Of a stretch of DNA of 64,000 nt, positions 46,877 through 56,865 are shown piece after piece. Location of the stretch: NCBI GenBank assembly GCA_963767985.1, contig CAVYGE010000002.1, forward strand, positions 457,217-521,216, given 5' to 3'. Source of the DNA: an uncultured Chloroflexia bacterium. GTDB lineage: Bacteria; Chloroflexota; Limnocylindria; QHBO01. The notes under the pieces are model-generated. The model was not told where the DNA came from. It saw nothing but the letters and a program-made list of their open reading frames with translations, and ran no database searches. The position numbers were made by a program, and so were the translations under genes. Every line of letters starts with the position of its first letter. The stretch's first letter is position 1.

Positions 46877-49102
46877 TCATTCGAGCACGAGCCTGACGAC
46901 GCCCTCCGCGGTGAGCAGGAAGGCGACCGGCGGGCCATCGCTGACCGAGGCGACGGCCAGGCCGCGGACGTCCGACAGGTCGGGAGCCGCCGGGTCGCCG
47001 CTTGCCGCAAGCCACTGGCGCACGAACGCGCCGTCGGCTCGCTGGAACGCGATGATGCGGGCATTGGCGGCGTCGAGGACGTAGAGCAGGTCGCGGTCGC
47101 CGACGGTCGCTCCGTCGAGGAGCCGATAGTCGAGGTCCGGCCGCACCGCTCCGTCCGGCGGCGCATCCAGCGAGTAGTCCTCCTGGTCGCGAGGCGACCC
47201 GAAGTCGACGCGCGTCACCGTGTCGGCGTGCAGGAGCCAGGCGTTGACGTCGACCCGCAGATCGCGAGCGTCGCGCGGATCGAGATCGGGCGCGCCGGTC
47301 AGGAACGGCAGCGCGGGGTCGGGGTAGGTGACCGGAATCACGGCCGGTGGCGTCCAGCGTTCGATCTCTCCGGTCGCACCGTCGACGAGGTAGAGGTTGA
47401 AGATCTCCAGCGGTGGCCGATGCTGGAGCGCGCCGATGAGGGTCGTCGACGAGCTGATCTCGTCCGCCCCGGCCAACGGCATTCGGCGCGGGACGCGCTC
47501 GGCGAGGTCGATCCGCCAGGCGGCGCGCTGACGGTCGATGACGACGACGTCGGTGGCCGCCGTTGCCATCAGCCACGGGTCGCCGGGGACCTCGCCGGAT
47601 GGAAGCGCCTGACCGGCGCGCAGCATGACCGACGCGCTGCCATCGTCCGGATCGGTGCGGATCACCCGGCCGCGACCGGAATCGAGGACCCACAGCGAGC
47701 CGTCGCTGGCAGCCACCATATCGGTCGGCTCGACGTCCTCGAGAGCCGCCGCGAGGTCGACGACCACCGCGGCCGCGCCGATCCGGGTCACCCCGTACAG
47801 CGCGTCGAGGCGGCGTTCGATGCGGCCGGCCAGTGGCGTCAGCTCCTCGCCCGACACGCCCGCGTCGGCGGCCCGCGCGACCGCCGCGTGGGCATCGGCG
47901 AGCAGGTCCAGAGCCCGTTCCGGGTCGCGGTCCACGAGGTCGGCGCCGTCCACGCGCTCCTCGACGGCGGCCAGGATCTCGACCGCCTCGGCGATGGACG
48001 TACGGGCCACCGTGGCGCGGGGGATTGCGTCCGTCGGACGCACGGTCGGGATGGCGGCGACCGTCGAGCCGACCGCCAGGATCCCGGCCAGCGCGACCAT
48101 GCCGAGCATTCCGAGCCGGCGGCGTCGCCCGTGCTCCCGCTCGGACGTGCGCGGGATGGTCCGCGGATAGGAGGCGCGCCGTCGCGGGACGAACGCCAGG
48201 ATCCACGTGATCAGCGTCAGGACGCCGCGGCCGAAGGCGGACCTCGTCGCCTCTGCGGCGTCCCCCGCTCGGTGCAGCCCGCGCCCGATCGCGTCGGCCA
48301 GCGGCACGGGACTCTGGTCGGGCAGTCCCGCGAACGGCTCGGCCGGCTTCACCGGCTCGAGGTGGTGGGTCGTGGCGGTCGATGCCAGCTCGGTCACCTC
48401 GATCACCATCAGCCCGTCGGACCCGGCGCCGCCGCGGATGCTGAAGACCTGCTGAAGGTGAGCCACGGCCTGGCTGGGTCGCATCGCGCCGATGGCGGCC
48501 TTGAGCTCGTCGACGCCGACGACATGGGCGAAGTGCCGGCTGACGAGGCCGATCCCATCACCGACGGCCAGCGATCCCTGCCACGTGTAGGGCTGCACCT
48601 CGAGCGCCTCACCCAGGCTGGCCGCGACGCGGCGGTGGCGAACGCGCGGATCCTCCTCGGTGGCGGGCGGTGGAGGCGGCACCTCGTACATGCGCCCGTC
48701 GCGGACGATCACCGCGCTGGCCGGTCCGAGCTTCGCCGCGTGCGCTTCGTGGCCGCGCACCACGACCGCCACGACGCTGACCCCCGCCCTGCGCGGAATC
48801 CCCAGGCGTCGCCGGCCGTGGTACAGCCGGCGATTGGCGCCCGACAGGGCTCGCGCCAGCGAGATCGTGACGCCGGCCGAAAGGTCGTAGTAGTAGTCGT
48901 GCTCGACGGCGTCGAGTGCCTCGCGGGCCGCACGGGCCAGCCCTGGGCTGCCGCCGCTGAGCTGGGCCAACAGGAACAGGCTGCCCTTCGTGCGTGCCAG
49001 GGCGCCGACCGCCGGCTCGTGAAAGGCGACGATGTCGAATGCATCCGCCGGTCGCTCGTCGGCGGACGGCAGTCCGATCCTGGTTGCGAAGCGGTTGCTC
49101 AT
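46877..49102 (-). CDS. membrane protein: PP2C/SpoIIE-like N-terminal domain, one TM, C-terminal beta-propeller-like domain
   Basis: 741-aa intact ORF. ..VVAVVVRGHEAHAAKLGPASAVIVRDG..GDGIGLVSRH..GSDGLMVIEV.. is PP2C-like. TM at ..LGMLGMVALAGILAVG.. The C-terminus is repetitive and beta-rich. Confidence 0.5.
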   Translation of the reverse strand: MSNRFATRIGLPSADERPADAFDIVAFHEPAVGALARTKGSLFLLAQLSGGSPGLARAAREALDAVEHDYYYDLSAGVTISLARALSGANRRLYHGRRRLGIPRRAGVSVVAVVVRGHEAHAAKLGPASAVIVRDGRMYEVPPPPPATEEDPRVRHRRVAASLGEALEVQPYTWQGSLAVGDGIGLVSRHFAHVVGVDELKAAIGAMRPSQAVAHLQQVFSIRGGAGSDGLMVIEVTELASTATTHHLEPVKPAEPFAGLPDQSPVPLADAIGRGLHRAGDAAEATRSAFGRGVLTLITWILAFVPRRRASYPRTIPRTSEREHGRRRRLGMLGMVALAGILAVGSTVAAIPTVRPTDAIPRATVARTSIAEAVEILAAVEERVDGADLVDRDPERALDLLADAHAAVARAADAGVSGEELTPLAGRIERRLDALYGVTRIGAAAVVVDLAAALEDVEPTDMVAASDGSLWVLDSGRGRVIRTDPDDGSASVMLRAGQALPSGEVPGDPWLMATAATDVVVIDRQRAAWRIDLAERVPRRMPLAGADEISSSTTLIGALQHRPPLEIFNLYLVDGATGEIERWTPPAVIPVTYPDPALPFLTGAPDLDPRDARDLRVDVNAWLLHADTVTRVDFGSPRDQEDYSLDAPPDGAVRPDLDYRLLDGATVGDRDLLYVLDAANARIIAFQRADGAFVRQWLAASGDPAAPDLSDVRGLAVASVSDGPPVAFLLTAEGVVRLVLE

Positions 49103-49154
49103 GATCGCCGCGGGGTGCTCGGTGGGGTTGCCTCGCGGCCGATTATAGGGAGCG

Positions 49155-49493
49155 TCAGGCCTCGACTCGACCCACCGATACGGCCAGTCCGATCAGCACG
49201 ATGGTCGCCCCCGGCCTGCCGCGCATCCGCTGGTTGACCGACCAGACGAGGGCCTCGGCGCGAAGGCTCAGCTCCTGCGCCAGCATCGGATCCGAGGCCT
49301 CGACGTGCGCGGTTCCGCCGGTGACGCGTCGCACCCGGCTGGTGAGGGGCCCGCGCTCGAGGCGGGACTCCGTCATCGTCTCCGCCCAGGCGAGGCGCAC
49401 CTGGGCCACGGCCAGCTGCTCGGCTGCTGCAGGGCCCATGCATGCTGTGAGAGCGCGCTGAACGGCCGCTCCGGCCTCCTCGCGCCCGCTCAT
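49155..49493 (-). CDS. DUF721-family protein (the usual recF neighbour)
   Basis: ATGA overlap with the recF stop. 112 aa, ..VRLAWAETM..VRRVTGGTAHVEASDPMLAQELSLRAEAL... Confidence 0.6.
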   Translation of the reverse strand: MSGREEAGAAVQRALTACMGPAAAEQLAVAQVRLAWAETMTESRLERGPLTSRVRRVTGGTAHVEASDPMLAQELSLRAEALVWSVNQRMRGRPGATIVLIGLAVSVGRVEA

Positions 49494-50653
49494 GCCTCCG
49501 GCTCCAGCCTGCCATCCGCGATCCGCCAGATCGTGGCGCTGCGGCTCCTGGCCGCATCGAGCGTACCGGGATCCGCGGTCGTGACGATGACCTGCCCCCT
49601 GCCGGCGATGAGATCGGACAGGCGCGCCGCGCGGTCGGGGTCGAGCTCGCTGAAGACGTCGTCGAGCAGCACGACAGGTCGGGGCCCATCGGCGCCGAGC
49701 AGGTCGGTCTCCGCCAGCTTCATGGCCAGGATGATCGTGCGCTGCTGTCCACGGCTGGCGTGGCTCGCCACGTCGCGGCCGCCGAGCTCGGCGCGCAGGT
49801 CGTCGCGCTGGGGCCCGACGAGGCTGACGCCGTTCCAGGCCTCCTTCTGCTGGACGTCCGCGATCCGGCGCCGATACGCCGCCGCGAGCTCCTCCCGCGA
49901 CGGGATGGGGGTCGTCCCTCGCTCCGGCCACGCCTCCTTGAGCCCATCCACGTACCCCAGCACGACCTCCGATCCGCGCTGCACCTGGCTGGCCACGGCG
50001 TCATGCAGGGCTCCGATGCGCCCATTCAGCTCCTGGAGCACCTCGAGCCTCGCGCGCATCACCTGCGACCCGAGCGTGGCCAGCTGCTCGTTCCAGAACG
50101 CGAGGCTGTCGATCGAGGCCTCCTCGGCGCGGATGGCGCGCAGCAGAGCGTTGCGCTGCGTCACGACCCGCGAGACCTCGACGAGATCACGCGCCGCGCG
50201 CCGATCGCGCTGCGCGACGATGGCATCCAGGAAGCGTCGTCTCTCCGAGGGCGACCCGACCAGCAGAAGCATCTCCTCCGGTCGAAAGAGGACGACGCGG
50301 GCAAGATCGGACAGGGCCGACGACCGGCGCGGGACGCCGTTGACCGTCAGGCGCTTGCGAATCCCCGCGGGCGCCTCCGCGCCGGGCAGGATGAGCTCGA
50401 TCGTCGATCCGCCCGCGCCGGTCCCGCCCGACAACTCCAGGCGAACCCGTGCGAACGGGGCTCCGTGCCGCACCAGGTCCGCCTCCACGCCGGCGCGGTG
50501 GGAGCGACCGACGACGGTCGTGTGGATGGCCTCGAGCAGGTTCGTCTTGCCGATGCCGTTGGGGCCGGCGACCACCGTCAGTCCGGGATCGGGACGAAGC
50601 TCGGCTCGCTCGTAGCTTCGAAAGTCCTCGAGCGCCAGCCGCGTCAGGTCCAT
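49490..50653 (-). CDS. recF: DNA replication/repair protein RecF (alternative start 50692)
   Basis: MDLTRLALEDFRSYE..VVAGPNGIGKTNLLEAI..SRGQQRT..LLDDVFSELD... Confidence 0.9.
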   Translation of the reverse strand: MDLTRLALEDFRSYERAELRPDPGLTVVAGPNGIGKTNLLEAIHTTVVGRSHRAGVEADLVRHGAPFARVRLELSGGTGAGGSTIELILPGAEAPAGIRKRLTVNGVPRRSSALSDLARVVLFRPEEMLLLVGSPSERRRFLDAIVAQRDRRAARDLVEVSRVVTQRNALLRAIRAEEASIDSLAFWNEQLATLGSQVMRARLEVLQELNGRIGALHDAVASQVQRGSEVVLGYVDGLKEAWPERGTTPIPSREELAAAYRRRIADVQQKEAWNGVSLVGPQRDDLRAELGGRDVASHASRGQQRTIILAMKLAETDLLGADGPRPVVLLDDVFSELDPDRAARLSDLIAGRGQVIVTTADPGTLDAARSRSATIWRIADGRLEPEA

Positions 50654-50699
50654 CCCGGATTCGGCGGCGCGCGACGCGGCGCGCAGTGCCATGGGGACC

Positions 50700-51830
50700 C
50701 TACGACGCGGTTCGGACCGGCATGATGACGTGGACGTAGTCGTCCTTGCCGATGCCGCGGATGACCCCCGGCGCCAGCGGGCCGGAGAGCTCGAGCACGG
50801 CCTCCTCGGAACCGAGGTTGCTGAGCACGTCGATGAGGTACCGGGCGTTGAAGGCGATCGCCGTCGGCGAGCCCTCGATCGCCGCCTCGACCGTATCCGC
50901 GTTGTCGCCGACGTCCGCCGCATGGGCCGTGATCGCGACGCCCGATCCGTCGGCGTCGTCGCCACCGATCTCGATCTTCACGATGTTCGCGCTGTCGCGC
51001 GCGAAGATGCTGGCCCGGCGCGTGCCCGACAGGAACGCCTCGCGATCGATGACCGCCCGCGAGCTGTGCGAGGCCGGGATCACCGGCTCGTAATTCGGGA
51101 ACTGGCCCTCGATCAGCCGGCTGACGAGATCGATCCCCTCGACGTGGAACAGAACCTGGCTCTTGTTCGGCGTGACCGTGATCTCGATCGGGGTCTCGGT
51201 ATCGGGCAGGATGCGCATGAGCTCGGCATACGACCGGCCCGGCACCACGATGATCACCTCGGGGTTCACCGGGGTGGCGATCGACAGGGTCCGCACGGCG
51301 ATCCGGTAGTTGTCGGCCGCAGCCAGCGTCATCTTGTCGCCGGTGAGCTTGGTCAGGACCCCGGTCAGGATCGGGCGACTCTCATCGGAAGCCGCCGCGA
51401 AGACGACTTCGCCCAGGGCCTCGCGCAGGGCACGAGCATCCACGCTGGTGGCCGGCGCATCGCCGATGGCGGCGACGACCGGGAACTCATCGGCCTCGAT
51501 GCCCTTGATGCTGGATCGGTTGTTTCCGCAGGTGAGCTTGAGGGTCCGGTCCTTCGGCGACAGGACGAGGTCGATGCGCTGGTTCGGCAGCGAGGCGACC
51601 AGATCGGTCAGCAGCTTGGCCGGGACGGTGATCTCGCCCTCCTCGGCAACCTTGCCGGGGACCCAGCAGTTGATGCCGATCTCGAGGTTGGTGGCGGTCA
51701 GCTTGAGACCGGCGTTCTCGGTCTTCAGCAGTACGTTGGCCAGGACCGGCAGGGTGGCACGGCTGCTGACCGCGCGGCTGACGGTGGCGAGGCCACGCGC
51801 CAGGTTCTCCTGCATTACCGAGATGTTCAT
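50700..51830 (-). CDS. dnaN: DNA polymerase III beta sliding clamp
   Basis: MNISVMQENLARGLATVSRAVSSRATLPVLANVLL.. 376 aa. Position between dnaA and recF. Confidence 0.92.
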   Translation of the reverse strand: MNISVMQENLARGLATVSRAVSSRATLPVLANVLLKTENAGLKLTATNLEIGINCWVPGKVAEEGEITVPAKLLTDLVASLPNQRIDLVLSPKDRTLKLTCGNNRSSIKGIEADEFPVVAAIGDAPATSVDARALREALGEVVFAAASDESRPILTGVLTKLTGDKMTLAAADNYRIAVRTLSIATPVNPEVIIVVPGRSYAELMRILPDTETPIEITVTPNKSQVLFHVEGIDLVSRLIEGQFPNYEPVIPASHSSRAVIDREAFLSGTRRASIFARDSANIVKIEIGGDDADGSGVAITAHAADVGDNADTVEAAIEGSPTAIAFNARYLIDVLSNLGSEEAVLELSGPLAPGVIRGIGKDDYVHVIMPVRTAS

Positions 51831-51865
51831 GCCGACCTCATCTGCTGGGCGATGGACCGATGGTG

Positions 51866-52163
51866 TTGTCCACGACCCTCTGGCTCACGTTCTATGGTTC
51901 TTGAAGAAGAATACCCATCCGTCGCCGTCACCCGTAGGGGTGTTGACGGTGTGGACGGAGGCCGGTGCTCGGTGCTCGTGCGAGCGTGGTCCCGACCTGC
52001 GGATAACCGTGCCGCGGGTGTCGATATCGGTACCGCCGGCTGCGGGCGGATGGAGGATGACGGATCAGATCCGGTGGATGAAGCGTAGCCGGGGCGGCCA
52101 GGGCGGGTGCCGATTGTCCACATCGACCTCGAGATATCCACGAGAACGGCCCACTTATCCACC
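51866..52163. other. candidate oriC: cluster of DnaA-box-like 9-mers plus an AT-rich stretch
   Basis: Compared with TTATCCACA: TTGTCCACG 51866, TGTGGACGG 51950 (reverse), TGCGGATAA 51998 (reverse, 1 mismatch), TTGTCCACA 52114, ATATCCACG 52134, TTATCCACC 52155. AT-rich ttctatggttcttgaagaagaata at 51890-51913. Confidence 0.6.
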
Positions 52164-52221
52164 AAAAGGGTCGCAACGGTGACAGGAAGCGCCGGTTTCA
52201 GTCGCAGACCGGCTCGTTCCC

Positions 52222-53646
52222 TCACTCGGAGTAGATCATCTCCCGCACCGCGCTGATCTCCCGACGCATCTCGTCGTTCTCCTGCAGCTCGCGCGCGATC
52301 TTGTCGTAGGCGTGCAGGACGGTCGAGTGGTCGCGACCGCCCAGCTCGGCGCCGATGCGCAGGAGGCTGATGTCGGTCTCCTCGCGGATGAGGAACATCG
52401 CGATCTGGCGCGGGACCACGATGGCCCGGTCCCGCTTGCTGCTGCGCAGCTGGTCGAGGTTGACACCGTAGTAGTCGGCGACGGCGCGCACGATGCGCTG
52501 GGGAGTGATCGAGCGCTTGCGCGGGTTGTACATCACGTTGCTCAGCACGGCGCTGGCGAGCTCGATGTTCACCGGCATGCCGCTCATGCTGGCGTAGGCG
52601 ACGACTCGGTTGAGCGCGCCCTCGAGCTCTCGCACGTTGCTCACGACCTTGCGGGCGATGAAGTCGATCACCTCGGACGGGATGAGGTGGAGCTGGTCCT
52701 CCGCCTTGCTGCGCAGGATCGCGATGCGCGTCTCGAGGTCGGGGGGCGTGAGATCGGCGATGAGCCCCCACTCGAACCTGCTGCGGAGCCGCTCCTCCAG
52801 GGTCGTGATCGCCTTCGGCGGGCGGTCGGAGCTGAGGACGACCTGCTTCCCGGCCTCGTGGATGGCGTTGAAGGTGTGGAAGAACTCTTCCTGTGTCCGT
52901 TCGCGATCGGCGATGAACTGGATGTCGTCGATCAGGAGCACGTCGATGCGCCGATATCGGCCGCGGAAGTCCTCCATCTTCTGCTCCCGGATGGAGTTGA
53001 TGAAGTCGTTCGTGAACTTCTCGCTGGTCGCATACAGGATCCGCTTGCGCGGGAACTTGCCGGCCACCGCGTTGCCGATGGCATGCATGAGATGCGTCTT
53101 GCCCAGGCCGACTCCGCCGTACAGGAACAGCGGGTTGTAGGCATGGCCCGGCCGCTCGGCGACCGAGAGCGCCGCGGCGTGCGCAAGCCGGTTCGCCGAC
53201 CCGACGATGAAGTTGTTGAACGTGTAGCGGGTGTTCAGGTTGATCGCGTTGCCGCCGGCGCTGAGCGGCGGCATCTGGACCCGGGCCTCCTCGTCGACCT
53301 GCTCGGGCAGGGGACCGGATGCATCGGCGACGACGAACTCGAGCTGGACGGAGCCGCCGACGACGCGAGCCAGCGTCTGGCTGATCAGGGGGCGGTAGCG
53401 GTTGTCGAGCCAATCACGCGCGAATCCGTTCGGGGCAGAGATCCGGTAGCGGTTGTCGTCGATCTCGACGAGCTCGGTGTCCTTCAGCCAGGTCTCGAAG
53501 TTGGCCGGTGAGAGTGAGACCTGCAGCTCGCCGAGGGCGGCGCGCCATACCTGATTGGCATCCATCAAACGATGTGCTCCGAACCGATCTGCGGGGCTTC
53601 CCGCGTGGGCTGATGAGTCCGCCTCCGGGCCGAGATCGGACGTCAT
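52222..53646 (-). CDS. dnaA: chromosomal replication initiator DnaA (alternative start 53565)
   Basis: ..[46 protein letters not shown].. and C-terminal ..[33 protein letters not shown]... Confidence 0.95.
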   Translation of the reverse strand: MTSDLGPEADSSAHAGSPADRFGAHRLMDANQVWRAALGELQVSLSPANFETWLKDTELVEIDDNRYRISAPNGFARDWLDNRYRPLISQTLARVVGGSVQLEFVVADASGPLPEQVDEEARVQMPPLSAGGNAINLNTRYTFNNFIVGSANRLAHAAALSVAERPGHAYNPLFLYGGVGLGKTHLMHAIGNAVAGKFPRKRILYATSEKFTNDFINSIREQKMEDFRGRYRRIDVLLIDDIQFIADRERTQEEFFHTFNAIHEAGKQVVLSSDRPPKAITTLEERLRSRFEWGLIADLTPPDLETRIAILRSKAEDQLHLIPSEVIDFIARKVVSNVRELEGALNRVVAYASMSGMPVNIELASAVLSNVMYNPRKRSITPQRIVRAVADYYGVNLDQLRSSKRDRAIVVPRQIAMFLIREETDISLLRIGAELGGRDHSTVLHAYDKIARELQENDEMRREISAVREMIYSE

Positions 53647-53675
53647 TTCGGGCGGTCCGGGCCGGGGGTCGGGCC

Positions 53676-53705
53676 ACTATAGCAGCGCCCCAAACGGCGG
53701 GGCAA
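53676..53705 (-). promoter_or_regulatory. candidate dnaA promoter TTGCCC-18 nt-TATAGT
   Basis: Read on the minus strand, 30-60 nt upstream of ATG 53646. Confidence 0.3.
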
Positions 53706-53802
53706 TGGATCGGCACATCGTGATGTCCCGACCGGGGTCACCGGTCCTCGAGAGTCGGCTCGACGCGGCCCCCGCAAGTCGTGCCGGGCGGTCCGGTCGA
53801 GT

Positions 53803-53831
53803 TTGACCCAGCACGCACGCGTCGGTAGAAT
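53803..53831 (+). promoter_or_regulatory. rpmH promoter TTGACC-17 nt-TAGAAT
   Basis: -35 at 53803-53808, -10 at 53826-53831. Followed by an 8-bp hairpin GGCTGGCG-gaa-CGCCAGCC (53875-53893) in the leader. Confidence 0.65.
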
Positions 53832-53951
53832 CGCGAACCAGAGCGAGACGGGCCAACCGGATCAATCGTGCGCAGGCTGGCGGAACGCCAGCCGTTCGTG
53901 TGTTAGACGGCCCACACCCGCCATCGTTGGAACGAGGAACGGCACGCATCC

Positions 53952-54086
53952 ATGAAGAGGACGTATCAGCCCAAGAAGCGCTCGCGCAAGCGTGAGCATG
54001 GCTTCATGGCCCGGATGGCTACGAAGGGCGGTCGCCGCGTGCTCGCCCGCCGTCGGGCCAAGGGTCGCAAGCGACTCACCGTCTGA
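53952..54086 (+). CDS. rpmH: 50S ribosomal protein L34
   Basis: Not in the ORF track (44 aa). [44 protein letters not shown]. Confidence 0.95.
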   Translation: MKRTYQPKKRSRKREHGFMARMATKGGRRVLARRRAKGRKRLTV

Positions 54087-54109
54087 TCCCCGGTCACGCC
54101 GTCGAGACC

Positions 54110-54445
54110 GTGCCTGTGCTGCCGATGCTTCGGCGCCGCGCGGAGTTCGAGGCAATCGGACGTGACGGAACCGCGCGCTCGACTCCGCTCCTCGTCCTGC
54201 GCTGGATGAGGACCGATCGAGCGGAGACGCGGATCGGCCTGTCGACACCGCGAACCATCGGGGGCGCGGTTCAACGAAATCGAGTGCGACGTCGCCTGCG
54301 AAGCCTGCTTCGCGAGCGGATCGAGCGGATCGGCCCCGGCTGGGACCTTCTGCTGATCGCGCGGCCTGCCGCGGGCGACGCCAGCCATGCAGAGCTGGCA
54401 GCTGCGATCGACGCGCTGCTGGCCCGATCGGAGATCGGTGGATGA
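54110..54445 (+). CDS. rnpA: ribonuclease P protein component
   Basis: ..[34 protein letters not shown].. Follows rpmH. Confidence 0.88.
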   Translation: MPVLPMLRRRAEFEAIGRDGTARSTPLLVLRWMRTDRAETRIGLSTPRTIGGAVQRNRVRRRLRSLLRERIERIGPGWDLLLIARPAAGDASHAELAAAIDALLARSEIGG

Positions 54446-54648
54446 AGATCATCGGGCTCGGGCTCATCAGGGCCTACCAGAAGCTGACGTTCTGGATGCC
54501 GCCGAGCTGTCGCTATTCGCCCACCTGCTCGCACTACACCTACCAGGCCATCGAGCGCCATGGCCTGCTGCGCGGCAGCTGGATGGGCGCGAAGCGCATC
54601 GGCCGCTGCAATCCGTTCCATCCGGGCGGCTATGACCCGGTCAGCTAG
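54442..54648 (+). CDS. yidD: membrane protein insertion efficiency factor YidD
   Basis: ..[47 protein letters not shown]. Confidence 0.92.
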   Translation: MKIIGLGLIRAYQKLTFWMPPSCRYSPTCSHYTYQAIERHGLLRGSWMGAKRIGRCNPFHPGGYDPVS

Positions 54649-54663
54649 ACGAGAGAGAGCGAC

Positions 54664-55803
54664 TTGACCCCGATCATCGGCGCCGGATTCCTGGGCATCG
54701 AGCACTTCACGCCGCCCTGGGACGTCTTCTTCCTGCCGCTCTTCAACCTGCTCGTCGCGCTGTTCCAGATCCCATTCTTCGACTTTGCGCTGGCGATCAT
54801 CGTCTTCACGATCGTCATCCGCACCATCCTCGCTCCGCTCTTCGTGCGCCAGATCCGGTCGCAGAAGGAGATGCAGCGGATGCAGCCGCTGATTCGCGAG
54901 GTTCAGCGCAAGCACAAGGGCAACCGCCAGAAGGTCTCCGAAGAGACGATGGCGCTGTACAAGGAGCACGGCGTCAACCCGGCCGCCGGCTGCCTGCCGG
55001 TCGTCCTGCAGCTGCCGATCCTGTTCGCCCTGTACCAGGCGCTGATTCGCGCATCGGGCGTGATCCAGGGCTTCAACGTCGACGACGGAAACCGGGCCTC
55101 GTTCGAGGCGCTGCAGTCAGCGAACGTGGTCGAGAAGGTGGCGGGCACCGCGGACCACTACCGCGTCGCCTTCGACGGCGCCTGCAACCTGCCCGAGTAC
55201 AGCCAGCTGCCGCAGTTCCTGCCGCTGAACTGCCAGCTGATCGACCCGATCAAGCTCAACGATCACGTCAACACATCCGTCGGCTGGCTGCTGGGGCTCG
55301 ACCTGGCCCAGATCGACACGGTCTTCGCGTTCCCGCTGTTCGGCGGGTTTGCGCTCTCTCTCCTGGCCGTCATCGCGGCGATCCTGCAGTTCGTGCAGGT
55401 CAAGATGACGAGCCCGCGGCCGAACGGGGACGACCCGACCTCGAGCATGACGAGCACGATGATCTACACGTTCCCGCTGCTCACCATCATCTGGGGCGGC
55501 ATCTTCCCGTCGGGCCTGATCCTGTACTGGATCGTGTACACCGCGTACCTGGTGGTCCAGCAGTTCCTCATCATGGGTTGGGGCAACCTCTTCCCGCTCT
55601 TCGGCTGGCAGCCATCGTGGGCGCCGTCGCCGGAGGTGATCAGCCCGCCGCGTCCGAAGCGCATCGAGCCCGATGCCGCGGCCGCCGAGGCAGCCCCGCC
55701 CACCCCATCACGCGCGCCCTCTCCGAACGCGAACCGCGGTACGAAGCCGCGTCCCGCGAATCGGGCGAAGGGCAGCGCCAAGCGACGAGGCCGAAAGCGA
55801 TGA
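54664..55803 (+). CDS. yidC: membrane protein insertase YidC/Oxa1 family
   Basis: ..IIVFTIVIRTILAPLFVRQIRSQKEMQRMQPLI..GVNPAAGCLPVVLQLPILFALY.. Basic C-terminal tail. Confidence 0.9.
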   Translation: MTPIIGAGFLGIEHFTPPWDVFFLPLFNLLVALFQIPFFDFALAIIVFTIVIRTILAPLFVRQIRSQKEMQRMQPLIREVQRKHKGNRQKVSEETMALYKEHGVNPAAGCLPVVLQLPILFALYQALIRASGVIQGFNVDDGNRASFEALQSANVVEKVAGTADHYRVAFDGACNLPEYSQLPQFLPLNCQLIDPIKLNDHVNTSVGWLLGLDLAQIDTVFAFPLFGGFALSLLAVIAAILQFVQVKMTSPRPNGDDPTSSMTSTMIYTFPLLTIIWGGIFPSGLILYWIVYTAYLVVQQFLIMGWGNLFPLFGWQPSWAPSPEVISPPRPKRIEPDAAAAEAAPPTPSRAPSPNANRGTKPRPANRAKGSAKRRGRKR

Positions 55804-56844
55804 CATTCCGAGAATTCACTGGCAAGAACGTTGAAGAGGCCATCCGGTCGGCCATGGCGGAGTTCAGCTCCGACCTGGGTGACCTCGATATCGAGATCCT
55901 GGCGCAGGGCAGTCGGGGCGTCCTCGGCGTTGGTGCCGAGGAGGCGCGCATTCTCGCCGCCCCGAAATCCGCGGTCGCGGCCGCCGACTCGGTGCGCGCC
56001 GAAGCCGCCCCGTCCGCCCCGGCGCCGGACCTCCAGGAGCGCAGCGAGCCGACGGGCACCACGGAGGAGCCCATCGAGGCTCGACAGGACGACGGCGACG
56101 GTGCGAGCGCCGACACCGACCGAGGAGCCGTCGGGCCCGGTCGACCTGGATGCCGCCGCCGTGGTCGCCGAGGAGCAGGTCGCGGAGCTCGAACGCGCCG
56201 ACGCGGCGCGACGCACGCGTGGCAGTCGCGGGCGCGGCGGGCGCGGCCGCAATGGCCGGGAGCGCGAGCACGCGGTGCGAGAGCCGCGTCCGGAGCGCGC
56301 CCCGCGTGAGCCGCGCGCCGGGGGCCGCGAGCCGGCGCCGTTCGTGTCGGGCAAGCCGATGGAGGAGCTCAGCGACGAGGAGCGTTCGACCCTCGAGACG
56401 GCGCAGACCGTGCTGACCGAGATGCTCGGCCTCATGGAGCTGTCGGGAACCGTCGAGATCGCCAGCGGTGGCGACACCGCCCGTCTCAACGTCAAGGGCG
56501 ATGATCTCGGAGCGCTCATCGGCCGCCGGGGCGAGAAGCTCGCCAGCCTGCAGCACATCGTCAACCTCATCGTGGGACGGCGCGAGGGTCAGCACCATCG
56601 GATCGCCATCGACGTCGAGAACTACCGGGGTCGCCGCGAGCAGCAGCTGCGCGACGTGGCCGAGCGCGCCGCCAAGCGGGTCGTCCAGAGCGGGAAGATC
56701 ATCCAGCTCGAGGCGATGCCCGCCATCGAGCGGCGCGTGGTGCACATGGCACTTCTCGAGAACCCGAGGATCCGGACGCAGAGCGTCGGCGTGGAGCCGA
56801 ATCGGCGGATCGTGGTTCTCCCCGCGAACCAGGTCAAGGAGTAG
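55800..56844 (+). CDS. jag: Jag/KhpB-like RNA-binding protein (Jag_N + KH + R3H); apparent frameshift in the low-complexity linker ~56040-56130
   Basis: ATGA overlap with yidC. N-terminus MTFREFTGKNVEEAIRSAMAEF..DIEILAQGSRGVLGVG.. in one frame. C-terminus ..LNVKGDDLGALIGRRGEKLASLQHIVNLIV..LEAMPAIERRVVHMAL.. in the next. Confidence 0.8.
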
Positions 56845-56865
56845 GGCGGCTCACCCGGGGAGCGG

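Noticed and set aside
2347-56844. Reading the many frame changes as programmed recoding or as evidence that complex I and other genes are pseudogenes.
   Set aside because: Only the prfB site has a known recoding cassette. The others have no shared slippery motif, affect essential genes whose flanking sequence is fully conserved, and often lie in homopolymers. Sequence error is the simpler explanation, pending read-level checks.
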